A DNA stretch of 61,871 nt from an uncultured Elusimicrobia bacterium. GTDB lineage: Bacteria; Elusimicrobiota; Elusimicrobia; UBA1565; UBA9628. This document shows positions 8,920 through 17,597 of this stretch, in pieces. Location of the stretch: contig CAYHNV010000001.1 in NCBI GenBank assembly GCA_964358065.1, forward strand, positions 1 through 61,871, given 5' to 3'. The position numbers were made by a program, and so were the translations under genes. The notes below the pieces were generated by a model. That model was not told the DNA's origin and did not search any database. It worked only from the letters and a program-made list of their open reading frames with translations. The first letter of the stretch is position 1. Every line of letters begins with the position of its first letter.

Positions 8920-10848
8920 ATGTGTGGTATCTGCGGGGTGGTTTACGGCGACGGTCGCGTTGCCGACCAGGCTCTGCTGAAGAGGGCCAACGCCCTCATC
9001 GCTCACCGCGGCCCTGACGACGAAGGCTATCACGTTGACGGTCCCGCCGGCTTGGCCATGCGCCGGCTGGCCATCATCGACCTTTCGACGGGGCATCAGC
9101 CCCTCTCTTATGCCGACGAGTCCCTGTGGGTCGTGCTCAACGGCGAGATCTACAACTACCTCGAACTGCGCGCGGAGCTGGAGGGCAGAGGCCACCGCTT
9201 CAAGACGAAGTCCGACACCGAGGTGGTGCTGGCCCTCTATCAGGAGATGGGGGGGGGCTGCGTGCAGAAGCTGCGGGGGATGTTCGCCTTCGCGGTTTGG
9301 GATCGCAAGAAGCAGAGGCTCTTCATCGCCCGCGACCGCATCGGCAAGAAGCCTCTGGTCTATGCCGAGCGCCCCGGCGGCGGGCTTCTCTTTGCTTCGG
9401 AGATCCGCTGTCTCTTCGCCCTTGACCGCGGGCTTTCCCGTCAGACGGACCCCGTGGCTGTCGACATGTACCTTTCCCTTCAGTACATTCCCTCGCCGAA
9501 GACGGTTTACCGTGATGTCAAAAAACTCCCGCCCGGTCATACCCTCACCTGGGAGAACGGGAATACAACCATCGAACGATATTGGGACCTGCCGGTCGGT
9601 CAGCCTCCCATCACCACGGACATCGAGGAAGCGAAGAGACTCCTGCGGAATAAATTGACCGAGTCGGTGCGGTTGAGGATGATTTCAGACGTCCCGTTAG
9701 GGGCGTTCCTTTCCGGGGGGGTGGACTCGTCGGTCATCGTGGCGTTGATGAGCGGGCTGTCCTCCAAGCCGGTTAAGACATTTTCCATCGGCTTCGACGA
9801 GGAGCGCTTCTCCGAGATTCACTACGCCAAGATGGTCGCCGACAAGTATCACACCGATCATACGGAGTTCATCGTCAAGCCCAAGATGGCGGACGTGCTT
9901 CCCAAGCTGGCTTGGCATTACGGCGAGCCCTACGCCGACCCTTCGGCCCTGCCCACGTATTACGTCTCGCGCGAGACGCGCAAGTTCGTGACCGTGGCCT
10001 TGAACGGCGACGGCGGCGACGAGAACTTCGGCGGCTACCTGCGCTACTTCGCGATGAAGGCGGCTCGCCTGAGCGACGCGCTGCCCGGGCCGCTGCGCTC
10101 GGCGCTGAAGGCGGGGGCCGAACTCCTGCCCGAGCACGACGCGCCGCACGGCAACGTCTGGCGCGTCAAGCGCTTCCTGCGCTCGACCCTCTTCAACGAC
10201 CTGCCCGGCCGGCATCTTAAGATGATCAGCTACTTCGCCGAGGACGACAAGCCCGGGCTCTACGCCCCGGAGTTCGTGAAGGTCCTGGGGCCGGGGATGG
10301 GTGCGGCCGTCGGCTACATGTCCGACGCCTTCAAGGCCTGCGAGGGCGAGGATTTCGTCAACCGGCTGCTCTACGTCGACTTCAAGACCTATCTTCCCGA
10401 ATGCCTGATGGCCAAGGTGGACATCGCGTCGATGGCCTGCTCGCTTGAGGGGCGTTCGCCGCTGCTTGACCACGAGTTCGTGGAGCTGGCCTATCGGATG
10501 CCGGGGAACTGGAAGCTCAAGGGCCTGCGGGGACACAAATGGATCTTCAAGGAGACCTTCAAGGACCTCCTTCCGCCGGAGATCCTGACGCGCGGCAAGA
10601 TGGGCTTCGGTATTCCGCTTGGCTCGTGGTTTCGCGGGCCGCTGAAGGAGTACTGGGCCGGCCATGCGCTGTCGCGCGAGGCGCTGGGCCGCGGCTATTT
10701 CACCGGGGAAGGCCTGCGCTCACTCTGGGATGAACACCAGAGCGGCCGGCGCGACCACGGCTACCGCTTATGGGCTTTGCTGATGCTGGAACTCTGGCAT
10801 CGCCACGCCGACGGTCCCGGCGCCGCTATGTGTTCTCGCACATCGTAG
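8920..10848 (+). CDS. Asparagine synthase (glutamine-hydrolysing)-like amidotransferase
   Basis: Internal ATG 8920. MCGICG is the Ntn Cys2 nucleophile and FLSGGVDSSVIVALM is the PP-loop. About 640 aa. Given the glycan context, it is probably a sugar-acid or acetamidino amidotransferase rather than housekeeping AsnB. Confidence 0.85.
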   Translation: MCGICGVVYGDGRVADQALLKRANALIAHRGPDDEGYHVDGPAGLAMRRLAIIDLSTGHQPLSYADESLWVVLNGEIYNYLELRAELEGRGHRFKTKSDTEVVLALYQEMGGGCVQKLRGMFAFAVWDRKKQRLFIARDRIGKKPLVYAERPGGGLLFASEIRCLFALDRGLSRQTDPVAVDMYLSLQYIPSPKTVYRDVKKLPPGHTLTWENGNTTIERYWDLPVGQPPITTDIEEAKRLLRNKLTESVRLRMISDVPLGAFLSGGVDSSVIVALMSGLSSKPVKTFSIGFDEERFSEIHYAKMVADKYHTDHTEFIVKPKMADVLPKLAWHYGEPYADPSALPTYYVSRETRKFVTVALNGDGGDENFGGYLRYFAMKAARLSDALPGPLRSALKAGAELLPEHDAPHGNVWRVKRFLRSTLFNDLPGRHLKMISYFAEDDKPGLYAPEFVKVLGPGMGAAVGYMSDAFKACEGEDFVNRLLYVDFKTYLPECLMAKVDIASMACSLEGRSPLLDHEFVELAYRMPGNWKLKGLRGHKWIFKETFKDLLPPEILTRGKMGFGIPLGSWFRGPLKEYWAGHALSREALGRGYFTGEGLRSLWDEHQSGRRDHGYRLWALLMLELWHRHADGPGAAMCSRTS

Positions 10849-10880
10849 CTCGCACCGGTGCCAGTTTAGGACCTTATGGT

Positions 10881-11831
10881 TCATTTGGCTGCGGCGAAGA
10901 GCACGATGCCTTCCCAGCCGAACGCCGCGTAGGCCGCCCGGAAGAATGGATAGGCCGTCCAGGCCGCGGCGTCGAGGAGGGTCTGCTTGACCCCCACAAG
11001 AGACTTCACGAGGGCGGCTCGCGCGCCCGGCGCGGCGTCTCCTGCGGGGGCGTGACGGAGCTGATCCACGTTCAGGGCCTTCACGGCCAAGCCCAGGCGC
11101 AGGGAGTTGCGCAGTATCAGTTGGAGTACCGGCAGGGGGTAGGCCAACGGGCGGCACTCGATCACCGTGAAGCCCCCTCGCGTGAGCAGTCTCGAGAGGG
11201 CTCGCGCGTTCCAGCGGGTCAGGTGGTGAGGAGGCATGTCGACGTCCGTGATGCTCGGGTCCTTGAAGGGATCGAAGGTCCGGTCGCGGTTGGGCGTGCC
11301 GACGACCAGCAGGCCGCCGGGCTTGAGCAGGGATTTCGCCGACTTCAGCCATGCGAGAGGGTCGTCGAGGTGTTCGATGACCTGGAAGATCGTGACCGCG
11401 TCGAAGGAGGCGGGCGTCGCCCCGCGCGTGAATTCAGGCAGGCCGCCGTGAAAGACGTCAAAACCGCCCGCCTTCAGAGCCCTCGCGCGCGCGGAGTTGA
11501 AGTCCAGTCCCGCGACGGAGAAGCCGGCGGCGCGCGCGCGGTGCAGGAAGCCGCCGGAACCGCAGCCGACGTCCAGCAGGCGGCCCCCGGAAGGCACCTC
11601 CCGCCTCAGCAGAGCCAGAGCCTCATCGTATTCGAAGGTCATCGGATCCGTTTTCTCCGAGACCGAGACCGCGTAGAGGTCGGATTTTTGCTCGTAATAT
11701 CCCGAGCCTGGGTTTTTGAATGGGTCGCAGAATCCCGCGCCGCAGTCTGGGCAGTCATAGAGGCGGTACTCCGCCCAGCGGCGGACGAAGATCATCGGCG
11801 CGCGGGCCGCGCAGAGCGGGCACTCATCCAT
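10881..11831 (-). CDS. Class I SAM methyltransferase with N-terminal Zn-ribbon
   Basis: Motifs: MDECPLC...CPDCG (two CxxC knuckles), SAM motif LLDVGCGSGGFL, then IFQVIEHLDDP and PPHHLTRWN. It is a paralog of 14111-15130. Confidence 0.8.
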   Translation of the reverse strand: MDECPLCAARAPMIFVRRWAEYRLYDCPDCGAGFCDPFKNPGSGYYEQKSDLYAVSVSEKTDPMTFEYDEALALLRREVPSGGRLLDVGCGSGGFLHRARAAGFSVAGLDFNSARARALKAGGFDVFHGGLPEFTRGATPASFDAVTIFQVIEHLDDPLAWLKSAKSLLKPGGLLVVGTPNRDRTFDPFKDPSITDVDMPPHHLTRWNARALSRLLTRGGFTVIECRPLAYPLPVLQLILRNSLRLGLAVKALNVDQLRHAPAGDAAPGARAALVKSLVGVKQTLLDAAAWTAYPFFRAAYAAFGWEGIVLFAAAK

Positions 11832-12873
11832 GGAAGTGGTCCAGCAGGCGCCAGACCCAGCCCTGCATCCAGGCGGGATAGATCGACTCGTAGCGCGTGC
11901 AGTCCCGGCAGGCCTTGGGATAATCCCCGCGCGCGTGGCGCTCGAGCAAACCTCGGATCGGGGCTCCGGACAGGATATCCGACAGCGGTTCGGCGTGCAC
12001 GTCGCCGATGATCAGCGTGGCTTCGATGTCCCGGCAGCAGCAGGCATTGACGCGGCCGTCGGCCAGGACCGTGGGGCCGGTGAGCAGGCGCCGGCAGGGA
12101 CCGCGGTGGATGGGCGGGGGCTTGGGGACCAGGCCGGCCTGCCGGAGGGTCGTCTCCGAGATGTCGCCGCCCCAGTTGTCGAAATCATCGACGGCGTCCA
12201 CGGTGAGGAGGCCTTCGCGTTCTCTCCTGATGAGATAGTCCCAGAACTCGCCGCTCTCGCTGCCCTTGGGCGCGCGCAGGTTGACCTGGATGGAGATCTT
12301 GGAGCGTTTAAGCTCCTTCGCGTCGATGAGGCCGCGGATATTGGCGACCGCCTCATCGAACTTGTCGACGCCCATGACCCGGTGGTAGGTCTTGCGGTCA
12401 AAGCCGCCGAAGGAGCAGAAGATCGTGAAGCGGCCGTCGTAAGCGACCAGGCGCTCGAGGATGTCCGGCTTCATCAGGATCGCGTTCGTGTAGAAATGGA
12501 AGCCCTTCACCTCGGCGCGGGAGGCGAGGAAGTCCAGCCTTTCTAAGAGATGCCGGTCCACGAACGGGTCGCCGACGATGGGAGTCAAGTCCACCTCGGC
12601 GTGTCCCAACGCCAGGTATTGCTCCACCACGCGCTGGAAGGTCTCCATCGGCATGGTCGCTTTCGAGCGTTTCATCTGCGGGTATGCGCAGAAGACGCAG
12701 CGCGCGTTGCAGATATTGGTCCCCTCGATGTAAAGGGTGTGCGGACGGATCCGCATCAGCGCGTAACTAAGCAAGTCCCCGACCCGCTCCCGGGCGTCGG
12801 AGACTTCCCCCCGCAGCCGCGTGGGGACCGCAGCGCGCCACGCGGCCCTGGCTATTTTTGAGAAGACAGCCAT
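11824..12873 (-). CDS. Radical SAM protein with C-terminal SPASM/twitch-like Cys-rich domain
   Basis: Motifs: LYIEGTNICNARCVFCAY (CxxxCxxC), then GPCRRLLTGPTVLADGRVNACCCRD...GDYPKACRDCTRY as the auxiliary-cluster-type Cys pattern. It overlaps the downstream gene by 8 nt and the upstream gene by 22 nt. Confidence 0.8.
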   Translation of the reverse strand: MAVFSKIARAAWRAAVPTRLRGEVSDARERVGDLLSYALMRIRPHTLYIEGTNICNARCVFCAYPQMKRSKATMPMETFQRVVEQYLALGHAEVDLTPIVGDPFVDRHLLERLDFLASRAEVKGFHFYTNAILMKPDILERLVAYDGRFTIFCSFGGFDRKTYHRVMGVDKFDEAVANIRGLIDAKELKRSKISIQVNLRAPKGSESGEFWDYLIRREREGLLTVDAVDDFDNWGGDISETTLRQAGLVPKPPPIHRGPCRRLLTGPTVLADGRVNACCCRDIEATLIIGDVHAEPLSDILSGAPIRGLLERHARGDYPKACRDCTRYESIYPAWMQGWVWRLLDHFHG

Positions 12874-14114
12874 TCGCTCAGAGCCTCCAGGACAATCTCA
12901 GGCGTCATTCGGTTGAGGCAGTCGTGGTGTCCGCAGTTGCGGGAATTGATGACCCCCGCCCCCTCGCTCGATAGGGCCAGCTGGATGCAGGGCTGGCAGG
13001 GCAGTTCCATTTGGACCTCGCGGTGCCTCTGCGGGTCCCAGAAGGCACCGTTGTCGCGGCGGCTCGATGGTCCCCAGACCGAGAATGTCGGCACTCCCAG
13101 GGCCATGGCCGCCTTGACCGGGCCCGTGTCGCAGCCGAGGAAGAACTCGCAGCGGCGGATCGTCGCGAGCGTCTGCAGCAGGCTTGCGCGGCCGACGAGA
13201 TCGACGCAAGGCCCCGTGAAGATGGAACGAAATCGCCCCAAGGCTTCCACTTCCGAAGGCCCGCCGAGGATGACGAGGACGCAGGGATGGGAGCGGATCA
13301 TTTTCTCGCAGACTCGAGCCCACTGCTCAGCGGACCAGATCTTCCGGTACGGGTCGCCGGCGCTCCCGGCGGCGCCGAGATGCAGGCCGACGATCCTGCG
13401 GCCGGCGTGGGAGGCGAGCGTCCTCTCGGCGAAGGCGTGGTCGGAGTCCAGCTCAGGCAGGGCCGGGCGGACGGCGAGGGCTTCTTGCGCGTCATGGGAG
13501 CCTCCCAAGGCCTCGATGAGGCGCAGATTGCGGCGCACGGCGTGCTCCCGGCCTTCAGCGAGCCAGATCTTGAGGTTCAATGCCAGCCTTCGTTCGAACT
13601 CGCCGCTGATCACGCCGCGCTTGAGGCGCCACAGGGCGTAGCGCAGTCGCGACCAGCCGGCGTGCGGCGCGCTGAGCGGCCGGCAATGACCCGTGCGCAG
13701 TGGGATGTTGAGGATGGGCTGAGCGAACGCACGCATCGGCGTGCCGTGGCTGACGACGACGGCGTCGAAGCGGGCCGAGCGGATGCGCCGGAAGATCTCG
13801 CGCCGGCAGCGCGACCGGCCAAGTTCCGCGTGCTCGTAGAGCCAGATGTCGTCGACAAGATTGGAGGCGGGCAGAAGCTCTTTGGTGCCCGCGTAGCGGT
13901 CGGCAAGGAAGGTGACGCAGGCCTGGGGAAAGGCCTTGCGCAGGAGGCGGAGGGTCGGCAGAAGAAAGATGAGGTCGCCGATGGCGGCGTAGCCCAAGAC
14001 CAGGATGCGCCGCGGCGCGGCCTCCGCCGCGGCCTCGGAGCGCAGCGGCCAGCGCAAGAGCAAGGCTGCGTAGCTTGCGGCCAACGACGCTGCCTGGAGG
14101 CATTTCCCGATCAT
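12852..14114 (-). CDS. GT9-family glycosyltransferase (heptosyltransferase-like)
   Basis: Motifs: ILVLGYAAIGDLIFLLPTLRLLRKAFP and DLVGRASLLQTLATIRRCEFFLGCDTGPVKAAMALGVPTFSVWGPS. These match the GT9 N- and C-terminal signatures by eye. Confidence 0.8.
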   Translation of the reverse strand: MIGKCLQAASLAASYAALLLRWPLRSEAAAEAAPRRILVLGYAAIGDLIFLLPTLRLLRKAFPQACVTFLADRYAGTKELLPASNLVDDIWLYEHAELGRSRCRREIFRRIRSARFDAVVVSHGTPMRAFAQPILNIPLRTGHCRPLSAPHAGWSRLRYALWRLKRGVISGEFERRLALNLKIWLAEGREHAVRRNLRLIEALGGSHDAQEALAVRPALPELDSDHAFAERTLASHAGRRIVGLHLGAAGSAGDPYRKIWSAEQWARVCEKMIRSHPCVLVILGGPSEVEALGRFRSIFTGPCVDLVGRASLLQTLATIRRCEFFLGCDTGPVKAAMALGVPTFSVWGPSSRRDNGAFWDPQRHREVQMELPCQPCIQLALSSEGAGVINSRNCGHHDCLNRMTPEIVLEALSEWLSSQK

Positions 14115-15130
14115 TGCTTCTCGTCCGGACGCAGACGTGCCAGGGTGTAAAGGTGGTTTCCGCAGTGCGGTCGGATGAGACGATAATACGTCTTCAGAAC
14201 AAGGGCCGCGGGAGCAAAAAGGACGAGGAAGACGGCTCGCGCCGCGTTCACGAGCTTCTGTCGGAACAGCTTATCGCTCCAAATTCCAGAGGGGGCTTTT
14301 GCGTCGCGGGCGTAGAGTTCGCTTAAAGTCGCGCCCTTTTGAGTCCCGCGGCCTCTGAAAAGGACCTGTTTTGCCAGCGCGATCAGGCCCGGCATCAAGC
14401 GGTAGAAGAAAAAATGATCCGAGAGGTAGCAGAGCTTGAGGGAGTCGGCTTCCTGGCGCAGCACCTCGAAGCCGGCGCGCTCCAGGAACCCTTTCAAGGC
14501 CTCGGGGGTCCAGCGCGTGAAGTGGTGCGGGGGATAGTCGTGTTCTTCGCGTCCCCAAGGCAGGGGCCGCAGACCGTTGGGCAGGGTGATCGCGACATGA
14601 GCACCGGGCCTGAGCAGGCTCTTGATCCGGCCCAGGAACCAGGATGGTTCCGGCGTGTGTTCGAGCACGTCGAAGAGGGTCGCCGTATCGAATTCGGCGG
14701 GCCGGCGGCCGGTGATGAAGTCGGAGAACTCCATGGCATGGATGTCGGCAAGGCCCTTGGCGCGGGCCTGGTCCGCGACGCGGTCGTCATAGTCGAAGCC
14801 CGTGACGGAGAATCCTCGTCGAGCGGCCAGTGTCAGGAAGCCGCCGTCGCCGCAGCCCACGTCCAGCAGACGTCCCCGGGGAAGTCGATCGGAGAAGAAC
14901 TGGCGGAAGCGCCAGTCCGTGTCCGGCGCGGGGCGTTTCTCCAGGCCGCGCAGCGGCGCGCAGGCGGCGTACCAATCAGCTCCGACCGCTTGCCGGGGTT
15001 CGGAGAAGACGACCCCGCAGGCGGGGCAGAGCAGAAGCCGGTAGGTCTTGGAGCCGATGCGGTCGAAGTGGTCCTCGACGAAGAGCGGTTGCGTCGTGGA
15101 GGAACAGGCCGGACACCCGGACGGTGTCAT
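14111..15130 (-). CDS. Class I SAM methyltransferase with N-terminal Zn-ribbon (paralog of 10881-11831)
   Basis: Motifs: CPAC...CPACG, LLDVGCGDGGFL, LFDVLEHTPEP and PPHHFTRWT. A hydrophobic C-terminal tail follows (AVFLVLFAPAALVL). Confidence 0.8.
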   Translation of the reverse strand: MTPSGCPACSSTTQPLFVEDHFDRIGSKTYRLLLCPACGVVFSEPRQAVGADWYAACAPLRGLEKRPAPDTDWRFRQFFSDRLPRGRLLDVGCGDGGFLTLAARRGFSVTGFDYDDRVADQARAKGLADIHAMEFSDFITGRRPAEFDTATLFDVLEHTPEPSWFLGRIKSLLRPGAHVAITLPNGLRPLPWGREEHDYPPHHFTRWTPEALKGFLERAGFEVLRQEADSLKLCYLSDHFFFYRLMPGLIALAKQVLFRGRGTQKGATLSELYARDAKAPSGIWSDKLFRQKLVNAARAVFLVLFAPAALVLKTYYRLIRPHCGNHLYTLARLRPDEKQ

Positions 15131-15738
15131 CCGATTTTGAGCGCGGAGAGGATGAACTGGACCCCGATGGCGGCCAGGAGAAGTCCCATCAGGCGCGTGA
15201 TGATGTTGATCAGCGTCGAGGAGATGCGGCTGGCGCCGCTGGCGGCCAAAGTCAGCGTGTAGTAGCTGATCAGGGCCACGGCGGCGATGCAGATGAAGAA
15301 GATGCCCTTGTGCGCCAGGGTGTCGGCCTTGCCGGCCAGCACGATGGAGGTGGTAATCGCGCCGGGACCTGCCAGCATGGGCACGGCCAGCGGAGTGATG
15401 GCGATGTCGTCCTTGCCGCGGCCCTCGGCGGTCTCCTCGGGAGTCTCGCGCAGGGCGGACTTCTGGGCGCGCAGCATGTCCAGCGCGGCGAGGAGCAGGA
15501 CCAGGCCGCCGGCCAGCTGGAAGGCGGCCAGAGTGATCCCGAAGAGCTTGAAGATTGAAGGCCCCAGCAGGGCGAAGATCGCCATCACTCCCGCGCAGGT
15601 CAGGCAGGCCGTGCGGGCCATGCGGCGGCGCTGGCCGGGCGTGTCTTTCTCCGTCATCGCGAGGAAGGTCGGGATGGCCGCGAAGGGGTCTACGATCGCG
15701 AACAGAGAACCGAAGGTCAGGAAGGCGTACTCAAGCAT
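15127..15738 (-). CDS. MarC-family (UPF0056) integral membrane protein
   Basis: Start taken at ATG 15738 (MLEYAFLTFGSLFAIVDPFAAIPTFLAMT, the typical MarC N-terminus). About 6 TM segments. It sits inside the glycan operon with 4- and 8-nt overlaps to its neighbours. Confidence 0.75.
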   Translation of the reverse strand: MLEYAFLTFGSLFAIVDPFAAIPTFLAMTEKDTPGQRRRMARTACLTCAGVMAIFALLGPSIFKLFGITLAAFQLAGGLVLLLAALDMLRAQKSALRETPEETAEGRGKDDIAITPLAVPMLAGPGAITTSIVLAGKADTLAHKGIFFICIAAVALISYYTLTLAASGASRISSTLINIITRLMGLLLAAIGVQFILSALKIG

Positions 15739-16726
15739 CGGTTCGACCGTTGCGCAGCCGGGCATAGACGTCCTGGAGGTCCAGGTACAGTTCCGGGCAG
15801 ACGAGGACCAGGGAAAGCGCTGCCGCTTTCATCAGCCGCCGCATCCCCCCATACTGCGCGACCGATTCGACCCAACGACGCTTGGCCGCGGGCCAGTCGC
15901 CGGCGTAGCGGGCCAGGAAGAGGTCGTCAAGGAGTTCCTCGGAGCGCCGGCGCCGCCGCGCCGCATCCGACAGATTCCGTCCGCTGCCCGAGAGAAGCCG
16001 GGCGAGTTCGCGGTCCAGCGCGGAGAGCGCCTTGCGATGCTCGCGGAGCTTCGCCGGGTCTTGTAATCGCCCCGCGTAGCGGTTGCCCGCGTGGACGCGG
16101 CGCCAAGCCAGGACCTCGGGGATGTTGCCGACCGGGGCATCGAGGATCGAGTTGTAAAGGTAGCTGTCGGCGCAGATGCGCAGGTCCTCGGGCACGGGGA
16201 GGAGCTTGCGCAGGACCGAGGCCCGGAAGCTCAAGCCCGTCGTGCCCGTGAAGACGCAGCTGCCCCGGAGGAAGTCCTCGGTGCTGAAGCGAGGCGGCAC
16301 GGAGGGGTAGTGCGCGCAGACCAGCTTGCCGTCCAGATCGACTTCCTGACACCAGTGCTGGACGATTCCCAGGTCCTTCTCGGCGTCGAAGCGCTCGAGG
16401 ACGCGGCTCAGTTTCGTTTCCTCCCACCAGTCGTCGCTGTCGAGCAGGCAGAAGATCTCCCCGCTTGCGGCGGCAAAGCCCGCGTTGAAGGCCGCAGCCT
16501 GTCCGCGGTTCTCCGTCAGGAGGACGGCGCGCACGCGGGGCGCGAACCGCGCCAGGACCTCGCGGGAGTCGTCAGTGGAGCCGTCGTCGACCGCGACGAT
16601 CTCGACTGTGTCCATCGGGAAGCGCTGGTCCAGCACGCTCTGGAGAGCATGGCCGAGGAAGCGGCCGTAGTTGTGGTTGTTGATGAGGACCGAGACCCGC
16701 GGTGCGTCATTGCCGAGTCCGCTCAT
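15731..16726 (-). CDS. GT2-family glycosyltransferase
   Basis: Motifs: VSVLINNHNYGRFLGHALQSVLDQ, VAVDDGSTDDS and CLLDSDDWW (DxD). Confidence 0.85.
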   Translation of the reverse strand: MSGLGNDAPRVSVLINNHNYGRFLGHALQSVLDQRFPMDTVEIVAVDDGSTDDSREVLARFAPRVRAVLLTENRGQAAAFNAGFAAASGEIFCLLDSDDWWEETKLSRVLERFDAEKDLGIVQHWCQEVDLDGKLVCAHYPSVPPRFSTEDFLRGSCVFTGTTGLSFRASVLRKLLPVPEDLRICADSYLYNSILDAPVGNIPEVLAWRRVHAGNRYAGRLQDPAKLREHRKALSALDRELARLLSGSGRNLSDAARRRRRSEELLDDLFLARYAGDWPAAKRRWVESVAQYGGMRRLMKAAALSLVLVCPELYLDLQDVYARLRNGRTDA

Positions 16727-17541
16727 GCCGCCGCCGCCCGGCGCGCGTCGAGGATCACGCTGTCCGCGCTCTCAGAGACGCTCCGGCAGGTGAAGCCAAG
16801 GGCCTCCAGACGTCGGCGGACCTCGGCGGGGTCCACGCGCGGGGGATGGACCTCCATTGCGATGCGGCGGGTCCGGGCCAGAGTTCGGGGCGCGCCGTCC
16901 AGCACGCGCAGTTCCGCGCCCTCCACATCGATCTTGAGGTGGTCGACGGAGAAGATGCCTTCCTCGGCCAAGACGTCGTCGAGGCGACGCAGGCGCACGG
17001 AGACCTTTCCTCGTCCCGGCGTGTCACTGAGCGTGTCGGCTGCCGGGTTATTGCCGGCGTCATCGGCCACGAAAAGATCAGCGGAACCTTCGGTCTCGGC
17101 CAGCGCGACGGCGTGGTGCCGGACCCAGGAGAGGCCGTTGGCCTCCAGGTTGCGGCGCAGAACCTCCGCCGCGCGCGGCGAGGGTTCGAAGCAGACCACG
17201 TGTCCCTTCGGCCCGACGCGCCGCGCGGCCATCAGGGAGAAAACGCCGATGTGCGCGCCAACGTCCACCACGGTCTGTCCAGGAGAGATTTCCGTGCCGG
17301 AATAGACGCTCCGGCCGTAGACCTCATCGATGATGCACCTGTCGTGTGGCCGGTAGAGGATGTCGCTGCCGTCCGGCGCCCGGAAGCGCTCGAGCCAGAC
17401 CCGGCTTTTGAGCCCGTGCAGGCCTGTCTTGTCGATGATGAGATCGAAGCGCTCGGCACCGAGGAGGGAGCGCCCGGCCATCCGGAAAAAAATCCAGACC
17501 GACTGCGCTGTCGCGAACACTACGACTTTAAAGCGTTCCAC
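16723..17541 (-). CDS. FkbM-family SAM methyltransferase
   Basis: Motifs: VVDVGAHIGVFSLMAARR, FEPSP, then DHLKIDVEGAELRVL, which is the FkbM hallmark. The track start at 17541 is a GTG. An alternative ATG lies at 17481. Confidence 0.82.
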   Translation of the reverse strand: MERFKVVVFATAQSVWIFFRMAGRSLLGAERFDLIIDKTGLHGLKSRVWLERFRAPDGSDILYRPHDRCIIDEVYGRSVYSGTEISPGQTVVDVGAHIGVFSLMAARRVGPKGHVVCFEPSPRAAEVLRRNLEANGLSWVRHHAVALAETEGSADLFVADDAGNNPAADTLSDTPGRGKVSVRLRRLDDVLAEEGIFSVDHLKIDVEGAELRVLDGAPRTLARTRRIAMEVHPPRVDPAEVRRRLEALGFTCRSVSESADSVILDARRAAAA

Positions 17542-17597
17542 GGAGGTAGTTTACTTGATTGTACAGCGGCCGATGCGTCGCGGAGGATTTTGGTACG

